This document shows positions 16,340-30,900 of a DNA stretch of 64,000 bases, one piece after another. Each line of letters starts with the position of its first letter. Positions within the stretch are counted from its first letter, which is position 1. This DNA comes from Eledone cirrhosa (lineage: Eukaryota), in the NCBI GenBank assembly GCA_964016885.1, contig OZ024740.1, positions 28,520,001 to 28,584,000 of the forward strand. The letters are read 5' to 3'. Under the pieces are notes generated by a model that made no database searches, was not told the DNA's origin, and worked only from the letters and a program-made list of their open reading frames with translations. The position numbers and the translations under genes are program-made.

Positions 16340-19300
16340 ACTATATGTGATTTTCCTGAGTATATGTGATTTTCCTGACTATATGTGATTTTCCTGAGTA
16401 TATGTGATTTCCCTGACTATATGTGATTTCCCGGATTATATGTGATTTTCATGAGTATATGTGATTTTCCTGAGTATATGTGATCTTCCTGAGTATATGT
16501 GATTTTCCTGAGTATATGTGATTTTCCTGAGTATATGTGATCTTCCTGAGTATATGTGATTTTCCTGAGTATATGTGATCTTCCTGAGTATATGTGATTT
16601 TCCTGAGTATAGGCGATTTTCCTGAGTATATGTGATTTTGCTGAGTATATGTGATCTTCCTCAGTACATGTGATTTCCCGCAATATATGTGATTTTCCTG
16701 AGTGTATGTGATTTTCCTGAGTATATGTGATCTCCCTGAATATATGTGATTTTCGTGAGTATATGTGATTTTCCTGTGTATATATGATTTTCCTAAGTAT
16801 ATGTGATTTTCCTGAGTATATGTGATTTCCCTGAGTATATGTGATTTTCCTGAGTATATGTGATTTTCCTGAGTATATGTGATTTCCCTGACTATATGTG
16901 ATTTCCCTGACGATATGTGATTTTCCTAACTATATGTGATTTTCCTGACTATATGAGATTTTCCTGAGTATATGTGATTTTCCTGACTATATGTGATCTT
17001 CCTCAGTATATGTGATTTCCCGCAATATATGTGATTTTCCTGAGTATATGTGATTTACCTGAGTATATGTGATTTTCCTGAGTATATGTGATTTTCCTGA
17101 GTATATGTGATTTCCCTGACTATATGTGATTTTCCTGAATATATGTGATTTTCTTGACAATATGTGATTTTCCTGAGTATATGTGATTTCCCTGAGTATA
17201 TGTGATTTTCCTGGCTATATGTGATTTTCCTGAGTATATGTGATTTCCCTGAGTATATATGATTTAACTGAGTATATGTGATTTTACTGAGTATATGTGA
17301 TTTCTTTGAGTATATGTGATTTCCCTAACTATATGTGATGTTCCTCAGTATATGTGATCTTCCTGAGTATATGTGATTTTTCTGAGTATAGGCGATTTTC
17401 CTGAGTATATGTGATTTTTCTGACTATATGTGATATTCCTGAGTATATGTGATTTCCCTGAGTATATGTGATTTTCCTGAGTATATATGATTTTCCTGAG
17501 TATATGTGATTTTCCTGAGTATATGTGATTTCCCTGAATATATGTGATTTTCCAGAGTATATGTGATTTTCCTGAGTATATGTGATTTCCCTGAGTATAT
17601 GTGATTTTCCTGAGTATATGTGATTTTCCTGAGTATATGTGATTTCCCTGACTATATGTGATTTCCCTGACGATATGTGATTTTCCTAACTATATGTGAT
17701 TTTCCTGACTATATGAGATTTTACTGAGTATATGTGATTTTCCTGACTATATGTAATTTTCCTGAGTATATGTGATTTACCTGACTAGAAGTGATTTTTC
17801 TGAGTATATGTGATTTCCCTGACTATATGTGATTTTCCTGAATATATGTGATTTTCTTGACAATATGTGATTTTCCTGAGTATATGTGATTTTCCTGAGT
17901 ATATGTGATTTCCCTGAGTATATGTGATTTTCCTGGCTATATGTGATTTTCCTGAGTATATGTGATTTTCCTGCGTATATGTGATTTTCATGAGTATATG
18001 TGATTTTCCTGAGTATATGTGATTTCCCTGAGTATATATGATTTAACTGAGTATATGTGATTTTCCTGAGTATATGTGATTTCTTTGAGTATATGTGATT
18101 TCCCTGACTATATGTGATGTTCCTGAGTATATGTGATTTCTTTGAGTATATGTGATTTCCCTGACTATATGTGATGTTCCTGAGTATATGTGATCTTCCT
18201 GAGTATATGTGATTTTTCTGACTATATGTGATCTTCCTGAGTATATGTGATTTCCCTGAGTATATGTGATTTTCCTGAGTATATATGATTTCCTGAGTAT
18301 ATGTGATTTTCCTGAGTATATGTGATTTCCCTGAATATATGTGATTTTCCAGAGTATATGTGATTTTTCTGTGTATATATGATGTTCCTGAGTATATGTG
18401 ATTTTCCTCAGTATATGTGATTTCCCTGAGTATATGTGATTTTCCTCAGTATATGTGATTTTCCTGACAATATGTGATTTTCCTGAGTATATGTGATTTT
18501 CCTGAGTATATGTGATTTTCCTCAGTATATGTGATTTTCTTGAGTATATGTGATTTTCCTGAGTATATGTGATTTCCCTGAGTATATGTGATTTGCCTGA
18601 CAATTTGTGATTTTCCTGACTATGTGATTTTCTTGACTATATGTGATTTTCCTGAGTATATGTGATTTTCCTGACTATATGTGATTTTCCTGAGTATATG
18701 TGATTTCCCTGACTATATGTGATTTCCCGGATTATATGTGATTTTCATGAGTATATGTGATTTTCCTGAGTATATGTGATCTTCCTGAGTATATGTGATT
18801 TTCCTGAGTATATGTGATTTTCCTGAGTATATGTGATCTTCCTGAGTATATGTGATTTTCCTGAGTATATGTGATTTCCCTGAGTATATGTGATATTCCT
18901 GAGTATATGTGATTTTCCTGACTATACGTGATTTTCCTGAGTATATGTGATTTTCCTGACTACATGTGATTTTCCTGAGTATATGTGATTTTCATGAGTA
19001 TATGTGATATTCCTGAGTATATGTGATTTTCCTGACTATATGTTATTTTCCTGAGTATATGCGATTTTCCTGAGTATATGTGATTTTCCTGAGTATATGT
19101 GATTTATTTGAGTATATGTGATTTCCCTGACTATATGTGATTTTCCTGAGTATATGTGATTTCCCTGAGTATATGTGATTTCCCTGAGTATATGTTATTC
19201 TCCTGAGTATTTGATTTTCCTGACTATTTGTGATTTTCCTGACTATCTGTGATTTTCCTGAGTATATGTGATCTTCCTGAGTATATGTGATTTTCCTGAG

Positions 19301-22300
19301 TATATGCGATATTCCTGAGTATATGTGATTTTCCTGACTATATGTGATCTTTCTGAGTATATGTGATTTTCCTGAGTATATGTGATTTCTTTGAGTATAT
19401 GTGATTTCCTGACTATATGTGATGTTCCTGAGTATATGTGATCTTCCTGAGTATATGTGATTTTCCTGAGTATATGCGATTTTCCTGAGTATATGTGATT
19501 TTTCTGACTATATGTGATTCTCCTGAGTATATGTGATTTCCCTGAGTATATGTGATTTTCCTGAGTATATATGATTTTCCTGAGTATATGTGATTTTCCT
19601 GAGTATATGTGATTTCCCTGAATATATGTGATTTTGCAGAGTATATGTGATTTTGCAGAGTATATATGATTTTCCTGAGTATATGTGATTTTCCTGAGTA
19701 TATGTGATTTTCCTGAGTATATGTGATTTTCCTGAGTATATGTGATTTTCCTGAGTAAAGGCGATTTTCCTGAGTATATGTGATTTTGCTGACTATATGT
19801 GATCTTCCTCAGTACATGTGATTTCCCGCAATATATGTGATTTTCCTGAGTGTATGTGATTTTCCTGAGTATATGTGATCTCCCTGAATATATGTGATTT
19901 TCCTGAGTATATGTGATTTTCCTGTGTATATATGATTTTCCTAAGTATATGTGATTTTCCTGAGTATATGTGATTTCCCTGAGTATATGTGATTTTCCTG
20001 AGTATATGTAATTTTCCTGAGTATATGTGATTTCCATGACTATATGTGATTTCTTTGACGATATGTGATTTTCCTAACTATATGTGATTTTCCTGACTAT
20101 ATGAGATTTTCCTGAGTATATGTGATTTTCCTGACTATATGTAATTTTCCTGAGTATATGTGATTTACCTGACTAGAAGTGATTTTTCTGAGTATATGTG
20201 ATTTCCCTGACTATATGTGATTTTCCTGAATATATGTGATTTTCTTGACAATATGTGATTTTCCTGAGTATATGTGATTTTCCTGAGTATATGTGATTTC
20301 CCTGAGTATATGTGATTTTCCTGGCTGTATGTGATTTTCCTGAGTATGTGTGATTTTCCTGCGTATATGTGATTTTCCTGAGTATATGTGATTTTCCTGA
20401 GTATATGTGATTTCCCTGAGTATATATGATTTAACTGAGTATATGTGATTTTCCTGAGTATATGTGATTTCTTTGAGTATATGTGATTTCCCTGACTATA
20501 TGTGATGTTCCTGAGTATATGTGATCTTCCTGAGTATATGTGATTTTCCTGAGTATAGGCGATTTTCCTGAGTATATGTGATTTTTCTGACTATATGTGA
20601 TTTTCCTGAGTATATGTGATTTCCCTGACTATATGTGATTTCCCGGAGTATATGTGATTTTCATGAGTATATGTGATTTTCCTGAGTATATGTGATCTTC
20701 CTGAGTATATGTGATTTTCCTGAGTATATGTGATTTTCCTGAGTATATGTGATCTTCCTGAGTATATGTGATTTTCCTGAGTATATGTGATTTCCCTGAG
20801 TATATGTGATATTCCTGAGTATATGTGATTTTCCTGACTATACGTGATTTTCCTGAGTATATGTGATTTTCCTGACTACATGTGATTTTCCTGAGTATAT
20901 GTGATTTTCCTGACTATATGTGATTTTCCTGACAATATGTGATTTTCCTGAGTATGTGTGATTTCCCTGAGTATATGTGATTTTCCTGAGTATATGTGAT
21001 TTTCCTGACTATATGTGATTTTCCTGAGTATATGTGATTTTCCTGACTATATGTGATTTTCCTGAGTATATGTGATTTTCCTGACTATATGCGATTTTCC
21101 TGACAATATGTGATTTTCCTGAGTATGTGTGATTTCCCTGAGTATATGTGATTTTCATGAGTATATGTGATATTCCTGAGTATATGTGATTTTCCTGAAT
21201 ATATGTGATTTTCCTGAGTATATGTAATCTTCCTGAGTATATGTGATTTTCCTGATTATATGCGATTTTCCTGAGTATATGTGATTTTCCTGAGTATATG
21301 TGATTTATTTGAGTATATGTGATTTCCCTGACTATATGTGATTTTCCTGAGTATATGTGATTTCCCTGAGTATATGTGATTTTCCTGAGTATATGTTATT
21401 TTCCTGAGTATTTGATTTTCCTGACTATTTGTGATTTTCCTGACTATATGTGATTTTCCTGAGTATGTGTGATCTTCCTGAGTATATGTGATTTTGCTGA
21501 GTATATGTGATTTTCCTGAGTATATGTGATCTTCCTGAGTATATGTGATTTTCCTGAGTATATGTGATTTCCCTGAGTATATGTGATTTTCCTGAGTATA
21601 TGTGATCTTTCTGAGTATATGTGATTTCACTGAGTATATGTGATTTTGCTGACTATTTGTGATTTTCCTGAGTATATGTGATTTTCCTGACTATATGTGA
21701 TTTTCCTGAGTATATGTGATCTTCCTGAGTATATATGATTTTCCTGAGTATAGGCGATTTTCCTGAGTATATGTGATTTTGCTGACTATATGTGATCTTC
21801 CTCAGTACATGTGATTTCCCGCAATATATGTGATTCTCCTGAGTATATGTGATTTTTCTGACTATATGTGATCTTCCTAAGTATATGTGATTTCCCTGAG
21901 TATATGTGATTTTCCTGAGTATATATGATTTTCCTGAGTATATGTCATTTTCCTGAGTATATGTGATTTCCCTGAATATATGTGATTTTCCAGAGTATAT
22001 GTGATTTTTCTGTGTATATAGGATTTTCCTGAGTATATGTGATTTTCCTGAGTATATGTGATTTCCCTGAGTATATGTGATTTTCCTCTGTATATGTGAT
22101 TTTCCTGACAATATGTGATTTTCCTGAGTATATGTGATTTTCCTGAGTATATGTGATTTTCCTGAGTATATGTGATTTTCTTGAGTATATGTGATTTTCC
22201 TGAGTATATGTGATTTCCCTGAGTATATGAGAATTTCCTGACTATTTGTGATTTTCCTGACTATGTGATTTTCTTGACTATATGTGATTTTCCTGAGTAT

Positions 22301-25300
22301 ATGTGATTTTCCTGACTATATGTGATTTTCCTGAGTATATAAAATTTCCCTGAGTATATGTGATTTTCCTGAGTATATGTGATTTTCCTGACTATATGTG
22401 ATTTTCCTGAGTATATGTGATTTCCCTGACTATATGTGATTTTCCTGAGTATATGTGATTTTCCTGACTATATGTGATTTTCCTGAGTATATGTGATTTC
22501 CCTGACTATATGTGATTTCCCGGATTATATGTGATTTTCATGAGTATATGTGATTTTCCTGAGTATATGTGATCTTCCTGAGTATATGTGATTTTCCTGA
22601 GTATATGTGATTTTCCTGAGTATATGTGATCTTCCTGAGTATATGTGATTTTCCTGAGTATATGTGATCTTCCTGAGTATATGTGATTTTCCTGAGTATA
22701 GGCGATTTTCCTGAGTATATGTGATTTTGCTGAGTATATGTGATCTTCCTCAGTACATGTGATTTCCCGCAATATATGTGATTTTCCTGAGTGTATGTGA
22801 TTTTCCTGAGTATATGTGATCTCCCTGAATATATGTGATTTTCGTGAGTATATGTGATTTTCCTGTGTATATATGATTTTCCTAAGTATATGTGATTTTC
22901 CTGAGTATATGTGATTTACCTGAGTATATGTGATTTTCCTGAGTATATGTGATTTTCCTGAGTATATGTGATTTCCCTGACTATATGTGATTTCCCTGAC
23001 GATATGTGATTTTCCTAACTATATGTGATTTTCCTGACTATATGAGATTTTCCTGAGTATATGTGATTTTCCTGACTATATGTGATCTTCCTCAGTATAT
23101 GTGATTTCCCGCAATATATGTGATTTTCCTGAGTATATGTGATTTACCTGAGTATATGTGATTTTCCTGAGTATATGTGATTTTCCTGAGTATATGTGAT
23201 TTCCCTGACTATATGTGATTTTCCTGAATATATGTGATTTTCTTGACAATATGTGATTTCCCTGAGTATATGTGATTTTCCTGGCTATATGTGATTTTCC
23301 TGAGTATATGTGATTTCCCTGAGTATATATGATTTAACTGAGTATATGTGATTTTCCTGAGTATATGTGATTTCTTTGAGTATATGTGATTTCCCTAACT
23401 ATATGTGATGTTCCTCAGTATATGTGATCTTCCTGAGTATATGTGATTTTTCTGAGTATAGGCGATTTTCCTGAGTATATGTGATTTTTCTGACTATATG
23501 TGATATTCCTGAGTATATGTGATTTCCCTGAGTATATGTGATTTTCCTGAGTATATATGATTTTCCTGAGTATATGTGATTTTCCTGAGTATATGTGATT
23601 TCCCTGAATATATGTGATTTTCCAGAGTATATGTGATTTTCCTGAGTATATGTGATTTCCCTGAGTATATGTGATTTTCCTGAGTATATGTGATTTTCCT
23701 GAGTATATGTGATTTCCCTGACTATATGTGATTTCCCTGACGATATGTGATTTTCCTAACTATATGTGATTTTCCTGACTATATGAGATTTTACTGAGTA
23801 TATGTGATTTTCCTGACTATATGTAATTTTCCTGAGTATATGTGATTTACCTGACTAGAAGTGATTTTTCTGAGTATATGTGATTTCCCTGACTATATGT
23901 GATTTTCCTGAATATATGTGATTTTCTTGACAATATGTGATTTTCCTGAGTATATGTGATTTTCCTGAGTATATGTGATTTCCCTGAGTATATGTGATTT
24001 TCCTGGCTATATGTGATTTTCCTGAGTATATGTGATTTTCCTGCGTATATGTGATTTTCATGAGTATATGTGATTTTCCTGAGTATATGTGATTTCCCTG
24101 AGTATATATGATTTAACTGAGTATATGTGATTTTCCTGAGTATATGTGATTTATTTGAGTATATGTGATTTCCCTGACTATATGTGATGTTCCTGAGTAT
24201 TTGTGATTTTCCTGAGTATATGTGATTTCTTTGAGTATATGTGATTTCCCTGACTATATGTGATGTTCCTGAGTATATGTGATCTTCCTGAGTATATGTG
24301 ATTTTTCTGACTATATGTGATCTTCCTGAGTATATGTGATTTCCCTGAGTATATGTGATTTTCCTGAGTATATATGATTTCCTGAGTATATGTGATTTTC
24401 CTGAGTATATGTGATTTCCCTGAATATATGTGATTTTCCAGAGTATATGTGATTTTTCTGTGTATATATGATGTTCCTGAGTATATGTGATTTTCCTCAG
24501 TATATGTGATTTCCCTGAGTATATGTGATTTTCCTCAGTATATGTGATTTTCCTGACAATATGTGATTTTCCTGAGTATATGTGATTTTCCTGAGTATAT
24601 GTGATTTTCCTCAGTATATGTGATTTTCTTGAGTATATGTGATTTTCCTGAGTATATGTGATTTCCCTGAGTATATGTGATTTGCCTGACAATTTGTGAT
24701 TTTCCTGACTATGTGATTTTCTTGACTATATGTGATTTTCCTGAGTATATGTGATTTTCCTGACTATATGTGATTTTCCTGAGTATATGTGATTTCCCTG
24801 ACTATATGTGATTTCCCGGATTATATGTGATTTTCATGAGTATATGTGATTTTCCTGAGTATATGTGATCTTCCTGAGTATATGTGATTTTCCTGAGTAT
24901 ATGTGATTTTCCTGAGTATATGTGATCTTCCTGAGTATATGTGATTTTCCTGAGTATATGTGATTTCCCTGAGTATATGTGATATTCCTGAGTATATGTG
25001 ATTTTCCTGACTATACGTGATTTTCCTGAGTATATGTGATTTTCCTGACTACATGTGATTTTCCTGAGTATATGTGATTTTCATGAGTATATGTGATATT
25101 CCTGAGTATATGTGATTTTCCTGACTATATGTTATTTTCCTGAGTATATGCGATTTTCCTGAGTATATGTGATTTTCCTGAGTATATGTGATTTATTTGA
25201 GTATATGTGATTTCCCTGACTATATGTGATTTTCCTGAGTATATGTGATTTCCCTGAGTATATGTGATTTCCCTGAGTATATGTTATTCTCCTGAGTATT

Positions 25301-27920
25301 TGATTTTCCTGACTATTTGTGATTTTCCTGACTATCTGTGATTTTCCTGAGTATATGTGATCTTCCTGAGTATATGTGATTTTCCTGAGTATATGCGATA
25401 TTCCTGAGTATATGTGATTTTCCTGACTATATGTGATCTTTCTGAGTATATGTGATTTTCCTGAGTATATGTGATTTCTTTGAGTATATGTGATTTCCTG
25501 ACTATATGTGATGTTCCTGAGTATATGTGATCTTCCTGAGTATATGTGATTTTCCTGAGTATATGCGATTTTCCTGAGTATATGTGATTTTTCTGACTAT
25601 ATGTGATTCTCCTGAGTATATGTGATTTCCCTGAGTATATGTGATTTTCCTGAGTATATATGATTTTCCTGAGTATATGTGATTTTCCTGAGTATATGTG
25701 ATTTCCCTGAATATATGTGATTTTGCAGAGTATATGTGATTTTGCAGAGTATATATGATTTTCCTGAGTATATGTGATTTTCCTGAGTATATGTGATTTT
25801 CCTGAGTATATGTGATTTTCCTGAGTATATGTGATTTTCCTGAGTAAAGGCGATTTTCCTGAGTATATGTGATTTTGCTGACTATATGTGATCTTCCTCA
25901 GTACATGTGATTTCCCGCAATATATGTGATTTTCCTGAGTGTATGTGATTTTCCTGAGTATATGTGATCTCCCTGAATATATGTGATTTTCCTGAGTATA
26001 TGTGATTTTCCTGTGTATATATGATTTTCCTAAGTATATGTGATTTTCCTGAGTATATGTGATTTCCCTGAGTATATGTGATTTTCCTGAGTATATGTAA
26101 TTTTCCTGAGTATATGTGATTTCCATGACTATATGTGATTTCTTTGACGATATGTGATTTTCCTAACTATATGTGATTTTCCTGACTATATGAGATTTTC
26201 CTGAGTATATGTGATTTTCCTGACTATATGTAATTTTCCTGAGTATATGTGATTTACCTGACTAGAAGTGATTTTTCTGAGTATATGTGATTTCCCTGAC
26301 TATATGTGATTTTCCTGAATATATGTGATTTTCTTGACAATATGTGATTTTCCTGAGTATATGTGATTTTCCTGAGTATATGTGATTTCCCTGAGTATAT
26401 GTGATTTTCCTGGCTGTATGTGATTTTCCTGAGTATGTGTGATTTTCCTGCGTATATGTGATTTTCCTGAGTATATGTGATTTTCCTGAGTATATGTGAT
26501 TTCCCTGAGTATATATGATTTAACTGAGTATATGTGATTTTCCTGAGTATATGTGATTTCTTTGAGTATATGTGATTTCCCTGACTATATGTGATGTTCC
26601 TGAGTATATGTGATCTTCCTGAGTATATGTGATTTTCCTGAGTATAGGCGATTTTCCTGAGTATATGTGATTTTTCTGACTATATGTGATTTTCCTGAGT
26701 ATATGTGATTTCCCTGACTATATGTGATTTCCCGGAGTATATGTGATTTTCATGAGTATATGTGATTTTCCTGAGTATATGTGATCTTCCTGAGTATATG
26801 TGATTTTCCTGAGTATATGTGATTTTCCTGAGTATATGTGATCTTCCTGAGTATATGTGATTTTCCTGAGTATATGTGATTTCCCTGAGTATATGTGATA
26901 TTCCTGAGTATATGTGATTTTCCTGACTATACGTGATTTTCCTGAGTATATGTGATTTTCCTGACTACATGTGATTTTCCTGAGTATATGTGATTTTCCT
27001 GACTATATGTGATTTTCCTGACAATATGTGATTTTCCTGAGTATGTGTGATTTCCCTGAGTATATGTGATTTTCCTGAGTATATGTGATTTTCCTGACTA
27101 TATGTGATTTTCCTGAGTATATGTGATTTTCCTGACTATATGTGATTTTCCTGAGTATATGTGATTTTCCTGACTATATGCGATTTTCCTGACAATATGT
27201 GATTTTCCTGAGTATGTGTGATTTCCCTGAGTATATGTGATTTTCATGAGTATATGTGATATTCCTGAGTATATGTGATTTTCCTGAATATATGTGATTT
27301 TCCTGAGTATATGTAATCTTCCTGAGTATATGTGATTTTCCTGATTATATGCGATTTTCCTGAGTATATGTGATTTTCCTGAGTATATGTGATTTATTTG
27401 AGTATATGTGATTTCCCTGACTATATGTGATTTTCCTGAGTATATGTGATTTCCCTGAGTATATGTGATTTTCCTGAGTATATGTTATTTTCCTGAGTAT
27501 TTGATTTTCCTGACTATTTGTGATTTTCCTGACTATATGTGATTTTCCTGAGTATGTGTGATCTTCCTGAGTATATGTGATTTTGCTGAGTATATGTGAT
27601 TTTCCTGAGTATATGTGATCTTCCTGAGTATATGTGATTTTCCTGAGTATATGTGATTTCCCTGAGTATATGTGATTTTCCTGAGTATATGTGATCTTTC
27701 TGAGTATATGTGATTTCACTGAGTATATGTGATTTTGCTGACTATTTGTGATTTTCCTGAGTATATGTGATTTTCCTGACTATATGTGATTTTCCTGAGT
27801 ATATGTGATCTTCCTGAGTATATATGATTTTCCTGAGTATAGGCGATTTTCCTGAGTATATGTGATTTTGCTGACTATATGTGATCTTCCTCAGTACATG
27901 TGATTTCCCGCAATATATGT
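16340..27920 (+). repeat. About 5.5-kb duplication within the 19-mer (16.34-21.83 kb and 22.43-27.92 kb), offset 6089 bp
   Basis: Identical pseudo-ORFs at 16417/22506, 19243/25332 and 21256/27345 (offset 6089). Private variants are shared (CCGGATTATA, TTTCGTGAG, GAGTAAAGGCG). Confidence 0.88.
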
Positions 27921-30900
27921 GATTTTCCTGAGTGTATGTGATTTTCCTGAGTATATGTGATCTCCCTGAATATATGTGATGTTCCTGAGTATATGTGATT
28001 TTCCTGTGTATATATGATTTTCCTAAGTATATGTGATTTTCCTGAGTATATGTGATTTCCCTGAGTATATGTGATTTTCCTGAGTATATGTGATTTTCCT
28101 GTGTATATATGATTTTCCTAAGTATATGTGATTTTCCTGAGTATATGTGATTTCCCTGACTATATGTGATTTTGCTGGCTATATGTGATTTTCCTGAGTA
28201 TGTGTGATTTTCCTGCGTATATGTGATCTTCCTGAGTATATGTGATTTTCCTGAGTATATGTTATTTCCCTGAGTATATATGATTTAACTGAGTATATGT
28301 GATTTTCCTGAGTATATGTGATTTCTTTGAGTATATGTGATTTCCCTGACTATATGTGATGTTCCTGAGTATATGTGATCTTCCTGAGTATATGTGATTT
28401 TCCTGAGTATAGGCGATTTTCCTGAGTATATGTGATCTTCCTGAGTATATGTGATTTCCCTGAGTATATGTGATTTCCCTGAATATATGTGATTTTGCAG
28501 AGTATATGTGATTTTTCTGTGTATATATGATTTTCCTGAGTATATGTGATTTTCCTGAGTATATGTGATTTCCCTGAGTATATGTGATTTTCCTCAGTAT
28601 ATGTGATTTTCCTGACAATATGTGATTTTCCTGAGTATATGTGATTTTCCTGACTATATGTGATTTTCCTGAGTATATGTGATTTTCATGAGTATATGTG
28701 ATTTACCGGAGTATATAAAATTTCCCTGAGTATATGTGATTTTCCTGAGTATATGTGATTTTCCTGACTATATGTGATTTTCCTGAGTATATGTGATTTC
28801 CCTGACTATATGTGATTTCCCGGAGTATATGTGATTTTCATGAGTATATGTGATTTTCCTGAGTATATGTGATCTTCCTGAGTATATGTGATTTTCCTGA
28901 GTATATGTGATTTTCCTGAGTATATGTGATATTCCTGAGTATATGTGATTTTCCTGAGTATATGTGATTTCCCTGAGTATATGTGATTTTCCTGAGTATA
29001 TGTGATTTTCCTGACTATATGTGATTTTCCTGAGTATATGTGATTTTCCTGAGTATATGTGATTTACCTGACAATATGTGATTTTCCTGAGTATGTGTGA
29101 TTTCCCTGAGTATATGTGTTTTCCTGACTATATGTGATTTTCCTGAGTATATGTGATCTCCCTGAGTATATGTGATTTTCCTGAGTATATGCGATTTTCC
29201 TGAGTATATGTGATTTTCCTGAGTATATGTGATTTATTTGAGTATATGTGATTTCCCTGACTATATGTGATTTTCTTGAGTATATGTGATTTCCATGAGT
29301 ATATGTGATTTTGCTGACTATATGTGATCTTCCTCAGTACATGTGATTTCCCGCAATATATGTGATTTTCCTGAGTGTATTTGATTTTCCTGAGTATATG
29401 TGATCTCCCTGAATATATGTGATTTTCCTGAGTATATGTGATTTTCCTGTGTATATATGATTTTCCTAAGTATATGTGATTTTCCTGAGTATATGTGATT
29501 TCCCTGAGTATATATGATTTTCCTGAGTATATGTGATTTTCCTGAGTATATGTGATTTCCATGACTATATGTGATTTCCCTGACGATATGTGATTTTCCT
29601 AACTATATGTGATTTTCCTGACTATATGTGATTTTTCTGAGTATATGTGATTTCCCTGACTATATGTGATTTTCCTGAATATATGTGATTTTCTTGACAA
29701 TATGTGATTTTCCTGAGTATATGTGATTTTCCTGAGTATATTTGATTTCCCTGAGTATATGTGATTTTCCTGGCTATATGTGATTTTCCTGAGTATGTGT
29801 GATTTTCCTGCGTATATGTGATTTTCCTGAGTATATGTGATTATCCTGAGTATATGTGATTTCCCTGAGTATATATGATTTAACTGAGTATATGTGATTT
29901 TCCTGAGTATATGTGATTTCTTTGAGTATATGTTATTTCCCTGACTATATGTGATGTTCCTGAGTATATGTGATCTTCCTGAGTATATGTGATTTTCCTG
30001 AGTATAGGCGATTTTCCTGAGTATATGTGATTTTTCTGACTATATGTGATTTTCCTGAGTATATGTGATTTCCCTGACTATATGTGATTTCCCGGAGTAT
30101 ATGTGATTTTCATGAGTATATGTGATTTTCCTGAGTATATGTGATCTTCCTGAGTATATGTGATTTTCCTGAGTATATGTGATTTTCCTGAGTATATGTG
30201 ATCTTCCTGAGTATATGTGATTTTCCTGAGTATATGTGATTTCCCTGAGTATATGTGATTTTCCTGAGTATATGTGATTTTCCTGACTATATGTGATTTT
30301 CCTGAGTATATGTGATTTTCCTGACTATATGTGATTTTCTTGAGTATATGTGATTTTCCTGACTATATGTGATTTTCCTGACAATATGTGATTTTCCTGA
30401 GTATGTGTGATTTCCCTGAGTATATGCGATTTTCATGAGTATATGTGATATTCCTGAGTATATGTGATTTTCCTGACTATATGTGATTTTCCTGAGTATA
30501 TGTGATCTTCCTGAGTATATGTGATTTTCCTGAGTATATGCGATTTTCCTGAGTATATGTGATTTTCCTGACTATATGTGATCTTTCTGAGTATATGTGA
30601 TTTCCCTGAGTGTATGTGATTTTGCTGACTATTTGTGATTTTCCCGAGTATATATGATTTTCCTGACTATATGTGATTTTCCTGAGTATATGTGATCTTC
30701 CTGAGTATATGTGATTTTACTGAGTATAGGCGATTTTCCTGAGTATATGTGATTTTGCTGACTATATGTGATCTTCCTCAGTATATGTGATTTCCCGCAA
30801 TATATGTGATTTTCCTGAGTGTATGTGATTTTCCTGAGTATATGTGATCTCCCTGAATATATGTGATTTTCCTGAGTATATGTGATTTTCCTGTGTATAT

